A stretch of DNA of 64,000 nt from Isurus oxyrinchus (lineage: Eukaryota): positions 2,046,001-2,110,000 of the forward strand of contig JANJGN010000036.1 of the NCBI GenBank assembly GCA_026770705.1. The letters are read 5' to 3'. The notes under the pieces are model-generated. The model was given only the letters and a program-made list of their open reading frames with translations. It was not told the origin of the DNA and did no database searches. A program made the translations under genes and the position numbers. Shown in pieces: positions 23,688 through 35,639 of the stretch. Positions within the stretch are counted from its first letter, which is position 1, and every line of letters begins with the position of its first letter.

Positions 23688-26600
23688 CTGGTAAACACAT
23701 TTAACATTGATGTTCAAAAATACTTTGAGAAGACGCATCAGATTATCTCGACCCGCAATCGCATTTCATAAAATCATAGAATGATACATCAAGGAGGAGG
23801 CCATTCGGCCCATTCTGTCCCTTCCGGGCTTTTTGAAAACGCCATCTAATTAGTCCCACTGTCCCCTTCTCTGACCCCTTACCCCAACTATTTCCTGCCC
23901 TTCAAGTCTTCATTCTTGAAGTTACTTTTGATTCTGCTTTCATTGCAGTCTGTATCGATTTGACATTTTTGTCAAGAATTACCTGAATAAAAGTTTTGTA
24001 ACAGATAAGCAAAATTCGGAAAGCAATTAACACAAAATTCACCAAAGTTTATTCAGAAAACTGGAATGGTGACGCTATCGATTTGAATGGATTACTCTGC
24101 TGTTCACTGGCCAATTCGGTTATCGTGTTTCGCCGTGTGTCTTGTACAAGATAGAATGATGCACAAAATCAAAATAATTTCGTTTATATGTTCCTTTCAC
24201 GTCTTCAAGAGGGCACAGAGCACTCAAAGGCACTTCTCAGAAACGTAGTTTCTGTTCGTCGTTTATGATATGCGGCAGCCATCTTGGGCATAGCATGATC
24301 CTTTAAAAAGGATTTTGATAATGGCCCAGATGACACATTTTTTGAGATTTTGGTTGAGGGGTTAAATATCAAACAGGACCCAGGCGAGAACCACGCCCTG
24401 CTCCTTCTCCAATACGGCTGGCGACATCTTTCAGCCAACCTGAGGGCGCAGCGGGAACTCCGTTTAAAATTTCACTTGAAAACAGTATCTCTAAATTGCA
24501 ATACTCCCTCAGCCCTGCACTTGAATGTCAGTCTAGACTAATTGCTCAAGTCTCTGGAGTGAGGCCTCCTTGGATTTAGAGGTGTGTATGGGGATTTTGG
24601 GTGGTGGGGAGGGGGAGTAGGGGGGGGGTGGGGGTAGAGAGATACATGAATACCCATTGAGTCAAGGCTCACAATCACACTCAGTCTCACAATCAAACGC
24701 ACACACAGAGTAGCACACTCATATTCTCCAGAACTTATTACTTCTTTGTTAACTTACTTCCCTGGGTTTGGCCTTATCTTCACTCTAATTCCAGTGGCTA
24801 AGATATTTTGAAAAAACACAATGGAGTGGACGATGGAGGAAGGAGGACCGTGCAGGAGCGGATCTGGACTCACCGTGGAAATAAGCAAGGTTTATATAAA
24901 ATCTCGGACAGCAGGACATCCGGAATATAAACTGCAGGGTATCGGTAATACAGACATAACAGACATTCTACCAGGAACAGATGGGTAGAGGGCGGGTGGA
25001 ATTGTACTGATTTCAGTTAGAGGGAAAGGAATTGTGACACAATTTCAGCTGCTCGAGACTGTGACCTGCCCTCTGTTAACCATGTTAATATCCGGCATAG
25101 GGCGCCATGGATTTATCCCAAAACTCATGTTTTCCTGCATATTATTACAACAGTTTCAATGCTCTCACCTGTATTCCACCCTGATCTGTCCTATTCGCCG
25201 CTGTTTGACGGTGATCACCTGTGTGTTAATGGTTAGGATATGAATTGAATTGTCACCCCAGACGACAAAGTCTAAAGTTACTGACAGAGGATTGCGTGCT
25301 AATGACCACGAATTCACCAATGGCTCCAATACATCAATGGGCCACAAACGACATTGGGCCCCCAAACCGTGAAAACTCATCAATTTGCCATTTGTTCCTA
25401 AAACTTCAATGAAGCCCAATTCGACAATGGTGGTTAAGCACTCCTAACACCGGTGTCTGTCGTCCACTCTATATTTGGTATATTACTGCCAATATTAAGA
25501 AGCAATAAATTGCCTTTTTATGAGACCAACAGATACTTCAATAACAAAGAGGGGGAAGTTCTGGACCTTATATTCGGAATTGAGTCAGGGCAGGAGGAAG
25601 GCCTATCAATAGAGGAACATTTTGGCAACACTGAACATAACTCAGTTAGATTTAGGATAGCTATGGAAAAGGATAAATTTGGGCTGGGAGTAGAAGTTCT
25701 AAACTTGGGAACGGCTTATTTTACTAAGACGAAATACGATTTGGCCCAAGTGCACTGGGAGCAGCTACTTGCAGATAAAACTTTGTCAGAGCAGCAGGAG
25801 GCATTTAAGGAGGAAATGGCGATAAAACAGGGCAAATATGTTCCCGTGAAGGCATGGGGTTGGGGGTGCGAGGAGCAAGTGCAGGGAACCCTGGATGGCA
25901 AGGGGCATAAACGTTAGGATTAAGGCAAAAAGAGATGCTTATGGCAAATACCGAGGACTCGATACGGCAGTGTCACTTGAGGAGTGTAAAAGGTGCAGGG
26001 TGGATCTTTAAAAGGAAATTAGGAAAGCTAAGAGAGTGCATGAGAAAGCATTTGTGGGTAGAACAAATGAAAACCCAATGGGGTTTGTTTATTTAAATAT
26101 ATAAAGGGCAAGAGAATAACTAGGGGAAGAATAGGGCCAATTATGGACCACAGAGGTAATCTATGTGTGGGACCAGAAGATGTGAGTGCAGTCCTCAATG
26201 AACACTTTGCTTCGGTCTTCACAATGGGAAAGGACAACACAGGTATAGACATCAAAGTGGAAGACCGTGAAATATCTGAGGCAATTAACATATACTGACA
26301 GGCGGTACTAGAGGTTATAGCGGCCTTAAAACAGGATTAATCCATTGGCCCCGATGAGACTCATCCCAGGCTGCTGAGGGAGGCAAGGAAAGAGGTATCA
26401 AAGAATCTGGCAGTAATTTTCAAATCCGCTCTGAGCACAGGCGGGGTGCTCAATTTGTCCCATTATTAATATAGGGAGGAAAAGTTAGACAAGGGAATTA
26501 CAGGCCAGTCAGTCTAACCTCGGTGGTGGTGAAGCAACTAGAAATAATTCTGATGGGTGGAATATACTTGCACTTGTAGAAACACTGATTAATAAGGGAT

Positions 26601-29600
26601 AGTCAGCATGGTTTTGTTCAGGAGCTTGGGGTACATATCCACAGATAACCGAAGGCAGCCGGGCAGGTAGATAAGGTGGTTAAGAAGATATATGACATGC
26701 CTTTAATAGCTGAAGTGTAGAATACAAGAGCAGGGAGGGTTTGTTGGAACTGTTTAAAACGCTGGTTAGACCCAACTGGAGTACTGCATGTAGTTCTGGC
26801 CCCCACATTATATGAAGGATGTGATTGCACTGGAGGGGGCGCAGAGGAGATTTACCAGGGTGCTGCCTGGTCTTGAGAGTCTGAGCTTGAGGGAAGATTG
26901 AATGGGTTGTGGTTGGTTTCCTTGGATCAGCGAACATTGAGAGGGGAACATATCGAGGTCTATAAGGTTATGAGAGACATAGGTATGGTAGATAAGAAGG
27001 CACTTTTTCCATTAGTAGAAGGGCAATAACCAAGGGGCACAGATTTAAGGTAAGGGTTAGAAGACTAAGGGGGCCTTTGAGGAGAAATGTTTTCGCCCTG
27101 AGTGTGGTTGGAGTATGCAACTCACTGCCTGAAAAGGTGGTTGAGTCAGCAATTCTCGTCACATTTAGAAAGCATTCAGATATTCATTTGCGTTGCCATA
27201 GCCTCCAGGGCTATAAGCCAAGCGCTTGAAAATGGGATTAGCGTAGTCAGATCTTTGTTGACCGGCGCGGACACGATGGGCTGAATGTCGTGTTTCTGTG
27301 CTGCAAACGACAATGAGTCTATGAGTCTATGAAAATGATCGTAGAACATTCTGATTGTGGGAAAAGTACTCTGCAGACAGTAAGAACATGTACACATATT
27401 GCAAATGTTTCAAATCAAAGAAATAGGCGACAGCCATTCTCTCGTTCTTTCCCCAGGGCAATATCGTGACCAATCACTTAAACTGTCTGGTTTGAATTTT
27501 AACAAAGCTTCGCAGTTAACTTTCCATGCAAACACCTCTGCCAGTCACGAACCACATGCGAAACATTCTGTACTCTCTTCTCATGAAATATAAATTGTCT
27601 CCCTTACATTTGGTATTCTTGTGATTTCTTCTAATGACTGCAAGTCCAAAAGCTTCGACATCATGCTCTTTACTTTGGCAATTTACCCAATTTGGCATTT
27701 AATCTCTTCCAACATGTCAATGCAACTTACCCGATTGCCGTTGATGCGGCCTCTCGGTTTGCCTTTTCTCTCTCAAGCTAAAACTGGATACGGACAGAAA
27801 TATCAAACACGTGTTAGGTCTTGTAAGTCCTGGTTCAGGCGCCGGAAATAGTTGAGGAGAGAATTGCCCAACGATTTAGAATCTAACTTAAACAATCATA
27901 GAACATTTCTAAATAAGCTATTTGAATCGGTGTTGGGGTTGAACTAGGTTTGACACACTGCAAAATAGAAAAAGATTGTTGGTGATGAATTTTGAAAATG
28001 GTTAAATTACTCACTTTTCATTGGGGGATCTCCTGCCTCGCTCTTCTGGAAGAAAAATGTGTAATTTGTTATTGAAAACCCCGAGAAGGGAATCGCATTG
28101 GCGAAATAAGTATTGAAATGTCCCTTATAACCATTAATCCTCACCTGATCTGCTGTTTTTACGAATCCAAATGGAAATAAGCACCAAGAGTAGAATCAGT
28201 ACCAGCAGGGTGGTTATTGCAACAGGAAAAGCCAGTTTGCACCAACCTACAGAGACAAAACATTCAGAAACTGCTGGGGCTCTCTGAAGGGAAACGTGAT
28301 CCAGTTAAAAAGCTGGAGCCTCAAACTCGGGTGTGAAAGTAAATTTTTAAAAAGTCAGTGGGACTGAGAGCGGAGAATGGATGCGCAGATTGGACTCAAC
28401 GGTGCTGCATTTGCTAGTAGACATGAATTAACTTACAGCACGGCCAGGATTTTTCCACATGCTTAGTGTATCAGTATGTATGATCAAAAGCATCATACCA
28501 ATGTTTTGGTTGAAAACTGAATCTTAGAATGATACGGCAAAGAAGGAGTCTAACAGCATATGTGGAAAGGAAGACAGAGTTAATGTTTCGAGTCCATATG
28601 ACTCTTCTTCAGATCCACGGACTCGAAGCCATAACTGTTTCTTTCTCTCCACAGATGTTCTCAGACCTGCTAAGGTTTTTTCCAGCAGTTTTTGTTTTTG
28701 TTTCAGATTTCCAGTATCCGCAGTGTGTCGCCTTTATTAAAGAAGGAGTCTAGTCGGCTCATCGTGTCTGACTTGGCTATTTGAAAGAGCTATCCAGTTA
28801 TTCCTACTATCCCTGTTCTTTAACACAGAGCACTGGACATTTCCCCCATTAAGTATTTATTCGATTCTCCTTTTGAAAGTTACTATTGAACCTGCTTCCA
28901 CCGCCCTTTCAAGCAGAGCCTTCCAGATCAGAAACACTCGCTGAGTAAAAAAAAAGCGTCATCTCCTCCTCTGGCTCCTTTTTGCCGATTGTCTTCAATG
29001 TACCCCCAGGTTACCGATCCTCCTGCCACTGGAAACAGTTTCTCTTTATTTACTCTATCAAAGGCACTCATGATTCTGAACGCCTCGATTATAAATCCTC
29101 TTAACCTCCTCCGCTCTAAGGAGAACAATCCCAGCTTCTCCAATTCCTCCAGATTAACTGAAACTAATTCTGATTAGAGGTCTATTTCTGGTCAATCTCC
29201 CCTGCATCCTCTACAAGGCCCTGACATCCTTCCTAACCAATAGTGCCCAGAACTGAGGACAGTGCTACAAACCTGGCCAGCCAGAGGTTTATTAATTTTA
29301 AGCCTATCTTTCTTGGTTTAGTCTCGATTCCTCCATTAATCAAGTCAAGAGCTCCACGCCTTTCAAAAACAATTTAAGTTTATCATTCCACCTCCAAGCA
29401 TTTATCATATCAGAGAATGATTACAGCAAAGACGGATGACTTTCAGCCCATCGTGTCTGTTCAGGCTCTCTGCAAAAACAACTCACTGAGCTCCACTTCC
29501 CTGCCTTTCACCGTTATCTTGCATTTTGTTTGCCTTTTCAGGTGATTCTCCAATTCCCTTTTGAAAGCAACGATTAAATCTCTTTCCACTACAGTCCCAA

Positions 29601-30599
29601 ACATTCCATTCCTGACCTTAACCACTCGCTGCACAGAAAGGTTTATCAACTTGTCGCTGTAGCTCTTTCTACCAATCAGTTTAAATCAGTGACCTTAGGT
29701 TACCAATCATCCCGCCAATGGGAACAGTTTCTGCCAAACTGAGCTTTACAGAAACCATTTAAATTTGAACACCTCTATCAAATCTCCTCTAAACCTTCTC
29801 TTCTCCAAGGAAAGCAGCCCCAGTTTCTTCAATCAATGCATTTAACTGAAGTTCCTCATCCCAGGAACCCTTTTAGAGAACCAATCCTGCACTCTCCCGC
29901 TTCACATTCTTCCTAAAGTTCTGTGCCCATAACTAGACAGAATAATTTAGTTGAGGCGAAACCAGAATGTTGTAGAGATTAATCATGGCTTCCCTTTCTT
30001 TTGGACTCCCTGCCGTACGTTAAAAGACCAGGATCCTCTATGCTTTCTGCGCTGCCTTGACACGATCTGTGAATTGTGCATCTGAACCCCCATGCTCGCC
30101 CACATGTTTTACATGTGATAAACTTGAACTGATTCGAACAATCCAAATTACCAAATATTCAGATCCTCGGTTTATTGTTACATAAGATTGCTGATATCAG
30201 GGATTAAAAGTAAAATGGATTTTAAGAGGAATTTGGAGAAGATAAATGTGGTTCCGGGGTGTAAAAGAGGAAACTAAATGGATGACAAGTCTCAGCAAAC
30301 ATGTCCATTTTACGGAACAATTTCACTCCTTGGCTGTTGTTTGTTTGCTCGCAAAGCGCATTTAGTTCAGAACTGACCTCAGCCCCATTACAAGATCCAA
30401 TGCATGAAAAGGGCGATGCAAGCAGATTCAATAATGACTTTCAAAGGAGAAATCTATGATTCCAAGGTCTCTGCAAAAATATAAGGCAGAACAAGAAAGT
30501 ATATACAAGAGCAAAAGCCTATCCTGGGCAGGGGAAACAATAATTTATTTTAACATAATTTAACAAGTGAGCGCACAACACACACACGAACATACACAC

Positions 30600-30669
<70 letters not shown>

Positions 30670-31962
30670 CACACAAACACACACATTCAACTTTCGAGTC
30701 AATTGGAGTGCCGACTATGAAATTAATACATCCAAGAGATAAGCCGATATACTTGTACATTATTTCTTGGAGGCCTTCAGTTGACAGTCGGCAGGATCTT
30801 AGAAGCTAGACAATTACTCCAGCTGATACCAAAGTTGAATACAACCCTCCATTGTACAGGTCACAAACTCACTTGCCCATGTCCCTGCTGCCTTGGAGAA
30901 CGACACGCTCTTTGTCCAGTTTTTGCTTAGAGGCCCCAGTTGAACAATACAAGAACAGAGACCGCCGCTCCTCCACGTTTCCCTCGACACCGTGACGTGA
31001 CTTCTGATGCTGTAGGTCCCGTCCGCCTCCCTTGTACCGGGATTCCTCTGTCCCTCAGTGACAAGGCCAGAAATATTCCAGAAAATAGCAATCTGATTGG
31101 AAGAAACTCCACTGACCAAACACACGAAGGGGACGGTTTCCCTCAAACGCAGCTCCCCACGCGGGACAAACACCAGCACAGCCGTATTTTCGGTGGAACT
31201 GTCTGGACAGAGATTGGAACACAGTTAACGATTAAATTGCACCAAATGATAATGCAATGCATTATCTGAATTAATTTCACTTGCTCTCTTGCCTCCAATT
31301 AGTAGCGTGGGTCCATTCTGCAGCGATGCATAGACATCCTTATTAGCACAGTAGTAGGATCCCGAGTCATTCACCTGGACATTGCGAATTTCCAAAATCA
31401 ATACATATTTGCTGTTGCCTTTTTTCGAAGTAAACTTACAGTTAGCCCCCTGACAGGGAGGGATATCGATTAATTTCGGGGCTTCACCAACACGTTGTTT
31501 GTACCAGAAATAGCTAGACACCAATTCCACTTCGTAGTTTTGGTGACAGCCTATTTCCACCGTCTCTCCGACTTCAGCTGTCATTATGAAGGGACTCTGA
31601 GACAGAGAGGGCTCGGATTCTGTAACTAGAGAGACAACTGTTACATTACCATTGATTATTCAGAGATAGGAAGCATCACCTTTAAACAAAATCGCCCGCA
31701 ATTTAAGAAGCGTCTCATTATTGTCTCTAATAATTCTTGGTTAGACTAATTCTGCAATTTGCCTTTTCTTCGCTCTATAGCAGAAAACAGAAAACAAGCT
31801 CACATGCACTCGTCAAATCCCTTCACCTAAGCACCGGGTCACATTTTCAACTCGGTAAACATTCTAGCTGATTTCAGTTTAAAATTCTCCCCCCGCCTCT
31901 TGCTCACCGTAAACCCGCAGCACTTGGAAAATGAGCATCAGAGATAAAGATTCCTTAGACAT
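23607..31962 (-). CDS. Gene C: intact non-rearranging V-C1-TM IgSF receptor of a second chain type (344 aa), with an ITIM-like tail motif
   Basis: Exons: 31908-31962 (leader), 31293-31625 (V, GC donor), 30873-31202 (C1), 28145-28246 (TM), 28015-28045, 27731-27783, 25169-25218, 23607-23687 (SQGGPLYAYLDMAALENRSKKKAGRS*). All phases compatible; 1035 nt, open. Confidence 0.82.
25510..27330 (+). mobile_element. Internally deleted CR1 LINE (endonuclease/RT remnants and 3' tail) in a gene C intron
   Basis: VLDLIFG...EHFGNTEHNSVRFRI and SQHGF remnants, followed by a CR1 3' UTR ending tctatgagtctatg. Confidence 0.8.
28145..28246 (-). CDS. Gene C exon 4, stalk Cys plus uncharged TM
   Basis: tctctgtag|(S)WCKLAFPVAITTLLVLILLLVLISIWIRKNSRS G|GTGAGG. 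Confidence 0.85.
28750..30100 (-). mobile_element. Two tandem CR1 3' fragments
   Basis: EKLGLFSLERRRLRG...; VQRVVKVRNG...AFKRELE. Confidence 0.7.
30575..30686. repeat. (CA)n microsatellite
   Basis: Long perfect CA run at ~30602-30663. Confidence 0.95.
30873..31202 (-). CDS. Gene C exon 3, Ig C1-type domain
   Basis: VPFVCLVSG...IAIFWNISG...DGTYSIRSHVTVSRETWRSGGLCSCIVQ. Homologous to the C1 of genes A and B. Confidence 0.9.
31293..31625 (-). CDS. Gene C exon 2, Ig V-set domain with fused G strand (degenerate J: LQNGPTLLIG)
   Basis: SLSQSP...VEIGC...YFWYKQRVGEAPKLI...NDSGSYYC. The 5' boundary could instead be 31619 (tandem AG). Confidence 0.9.
31908..31962 (-). CDS. Gene C exon 1, signal peptide
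   Basis: MSKESLSLMLIFQVLRVY G|GTGAGC, phase 1. Confidence 0.75.
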
Positions 31963-34636
31963 CTTGACGCGGTGAGTTCTCTCTGTTTTCGCTCTCACCA
32001 GTTTGTTACTGCAGGAGGAGTCGCCGCAGACTGACCTGAGCTCAGCACCAGTGAGTTGCTTCCCTTTCGATGCAATGGAAACTATGACGACTTATGCTAT
32101 GGAAAGTATGACACCATTTTGGGTGCGATGTCCTGGTGAATGTCACATACATTTATCAAATTGTGGTCACTGTCACAGCGACCAAATAGCTCGTTGCCTA
32201 TAAAGAGATTTAGTCGGTTTACAGGATGTCACTGAATTCTAACTATGAGGGTGCAGGCTGAATATTAAAGTTTAATTCGTTCTCAGGATGCGTCTTCCGG
32301 TGCCTGGGGCAGCAGCTATTAACTATCATAAGGGCCGCTTGAGAAGCTGGCGGTGTTTCGCCTTTTTGAATAACCGTAGCCCATGTGGTGTACGCACGCT
32401 CCGTGCTGTAAATTGGCAGTGAATGAACGGCGATACAGTTCCAAAGCAGGCTTGCGCGTGACTCGGAGGGGAACTTGCAGGTGGTGGTGTTCCCCGCAGT
32501 CTACTGAGCATATCCTTCTGGGAGATAGAGGTTGTGGATTAGCAGGGTGAACGGCCGGAATTCAGAATATAGTGTAATACTACTCAATAAAATACATTCT
32601 ATAAAGAGGTTGTACACGATTCTTGATACAACCTGCTTAACACAGAGACTGGAAAACATTGAATGACCATCGCATTGAATGGGTTGATTTGAAATATTTG
32701 GCGGCAACCTTAGTGAGCTGCCCCGGTATTCCCTGTGTGTCGATAGTAAGCAGCGCAATTTCTGTGAGTTGCTGATTAAAGGAACGCATCATTTGTGAAT
32801 AATATTGGGGATGTGTAAATTTTATTGATAAGCCGAGCATTCAGATACACATGCAACCGGTGTCACTTCGATGAGGACAAGGTAAATGAGGTCAGTTGTA
32901 CACCAGCGACCTGTTCAGTTGCAGCAACCCTGGGCGGCAGGTCCTGAACTGCCTGCCGGTTCACACTAAGTCCTAATGTTTAATCTCTAAAGACACTTTT
33001 GCGCGCGAAGCGTGTCAACCTTAAAAACGGGAAAGCCGCTGAGAGATTATGGCTCGAAATTCATTTTCCATCTCAAACCCAAAGTGGACAGAATCTCGGA
33101 CAGTTGTTTCCGCCCCTCAATGTGCTTTGCACAGCCCCTGAATGGTCTCTGAGGGCGGCGTCTTTCTGAGACTGGCAGCAAACAGCGGCGGTCACAGCTG
33201 CAATATTCACTGACTCGCTTCTTTATCATTCAACGTCAAGCATTTCTGGAGAAAAGTTGAGGCACTCAGTAACGAGCAACACAATCTGCTCATTTCAGAC
33301 CCCATTCTGCAAGTAATTCACTTTAAGATGAATGGAGCCCGCTCTTGTCTCCCAGATTATTTTCCTCATCATTACCCTGAAGTTTCCTTAACATGGGTTC
33401 TTGACGATTCCTGCCGTGCATTTGCTGCTTTGACTTTATAACTGGGTCAAGTTTACAATGAGGGGCTCCCATGAAAAGAATGATTTGACCCAGCATCAGT
33501 TTCTAAGTCTTTCGTCGCTGTTAGGTTGAAGCATTTTGATCTTTTGCTGTAGCTGGCACGATGATCCAGGTTCTATCCTGCATCCTCATAAGGATCTGCG
33601 TCGAGTGAGTGTTGATGTTTATCAGGGACAATTTAACAAACGTTTATTTAAGTTGCATCGCTTTTACATAAAAATTCAGTTTGTTGTTTCAAGGAACTGA
33701 GTGAACATCTCCCACAAATAAGTACCTGAACTATTTTGTAAAAATCGTCAGTAACATCCACACTACATTTAACGCTATGCCAGAAGCAGTCGACCCCAGC
33801 ATAATTCAAATGGTTTTGATATTCTAACATTTTCCACGTTCTTCTCAGGTTGATTCTGAGACAAACCAAGAAGGGCCATCTCAATGTTAACTTCAAGTGG
33901 CCAAAGGTTAAGCGATCAAAAAAAATTGGAGCTGGAGTCGGCCATCCAGGCCCTCGGACCTGCTCCCGCATTCAGTAAGCTAGTGGTTGTTCCGGTTGTG
34001 CCCTTACCTTCACTCTCCTGTCTATTCCCCATTGGCCTTGGCCCCCTTGTCGATCGGAAATCTGTCTAACTCAGCCTTGAATATATTCAATGATTCAGCT
34101 CTCCGGTTAAGGGAACTCCACAGGCTAACCACCCTCTGAGAGAAGATATTCTTCCTCATCTCCGGCTTAACTGGGGGACCCTTATTCTGAAACTATTCTC
34201 CCTAGCTCTCCATTCCCCCATGAGGGGAACTGATCTGTCAGTAACTGCACTGTGATGCTACCTCAGAATAGCATATGCTGCAATAAGATTACCTTTCGTT
34301 GTAAGATTCACAACCAGCAATGATTATTTGGTTTATTTTTCTGTATGTTGCTTCAGTTTGCAAAGGACATTTTTTTCCGTTAACAGCCGGCATTAAGAGC
34401 TGATAATCAACGTCTTAATTTGCATCCAATATTCATTATCGCTTGAAATGCAAACAGCAGTGAAATCTAATCCGAGAAGACCAAGTTGCGGATTAGCTAC
34501 AGGACAGATCCTGATCCGAAGACTAATTCCAGCAGTTTCTCTTTGTGTTAGAGGAGGACATATTTTGCATTTTTGTTTATTCACTTGTGAGTTATGGGCG
34601 TGGCCGGCGAGGCCAACATTTGTTGCTTCTCCACAA

Positions 34637-35390
34637 NNNNNNNNNNNNNNNNNNNNNNNNNNNNNNNNNNNNNNNNNNNNNNNNNNNNNNNNNNNNNNNN
34701 NNNNNNNNNNNNNNNNNNNNNNNNNNNNNNNNNNNNNNNNNNNNNNNNNNNNNNNNNNNNNNNNNNNNNNNNNATGTGTGTATGTGCTGTGCGTATGTGT
34801 TTTGCGTGTGTATATGTGTGTGTGTGTCTGTGTGTTGTGTGTATATCNNNNNNNNNNNNNNNNNNNNNNNNNNNNNNNNNNNNNNNNNNNNNNNNNNNNN
34901 NNNNNNNNNNNNNNNNNNNNNNNNNNNNNNNNNNNNNNNNNNNNNNNNNNNNNNNNNNNNNNNNNNNNNNNNNNNNNNNNNNNNNNNNNNNNNNNNNNNN
35001 NNNNNNNNNNNNNNNNNNNNNNNNNNNNNNNNNNNNNNNNNNNNNNNNNNNNNNNNNNNNNNNNNNNNNNNNNNNNNNNNNNNNNNNNNTATGTGTTGTA
35101 TGTATGNNNNNNNNNNNNNNNNNNNNNNNNNNNNNNNNNNNNNNNNNNNNNNNNNNNNNNNNNNNNNNNNNNNNNNNNNNNNNNNNNNNNNNNNNNNNNN
35201 NNNNNNNNNNNNNNNNNNNNNNNNNNNNNNNNNNNNNNNNNNNNNNNNNNNNNNNNNNNNNNNNNNNNNNNNNNNNNNNNNNNNNNNNNNNNNNNNNNNN
35301 NNNNNNNNNNNNNNNNNNNNNNNNNNNNNNNNNNNNNNNNNNNNNNNNNNNNNNNNNNNNNNNNNNNNNNNGTTTGTGTGTGTGTTGTAA
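34637..35390. repeat. TG-rich repeat, mostly N (gaps or masked)
   Basis: N-runs at 34637-34773, 34848-35089 and 35107-35371. Confidence 0.85.
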
Positions 35391-35639
35391 TGAGATGCTG
35401 CCGTATGAAGCACTAGGCAATGAGCTTAAATCCCCGAAACTGCAACACTTTTTCCAGTAATGCTCCAAGTTAAAGAAGCCTCGTTATTAACACCTTGGGG
35501 AGCTTTAGTGACAGCAACCATTCTTTTAAAACACTCAGCTGGCTAAGTTATTCTGAAGTATTCCCCTTCAAACTGGGACAATTGACACTGAGAGATTATG
35601 CAGAAGGCTTGCCCACTTGGATTGTTTGGTAGCATCCAT

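Noticed and set aside
24874-24931. Exon-like segment (ccctgcag...CACG|GTGAGT) in the last intron of gene C
   Set aside because: It would exit in phase 1 and break the phase-0 terminal exon, and its donor is not preserved in the homologous region of remnant D.
1961-31962. Calling these genes true TCR or Ig light-chain loci
   Set aside because: No separate V/D/J segments or RSS. They have TM and multi-exon cytoplasmic tails that light chains lack, and the TMs do not show the TCR CART pattern.
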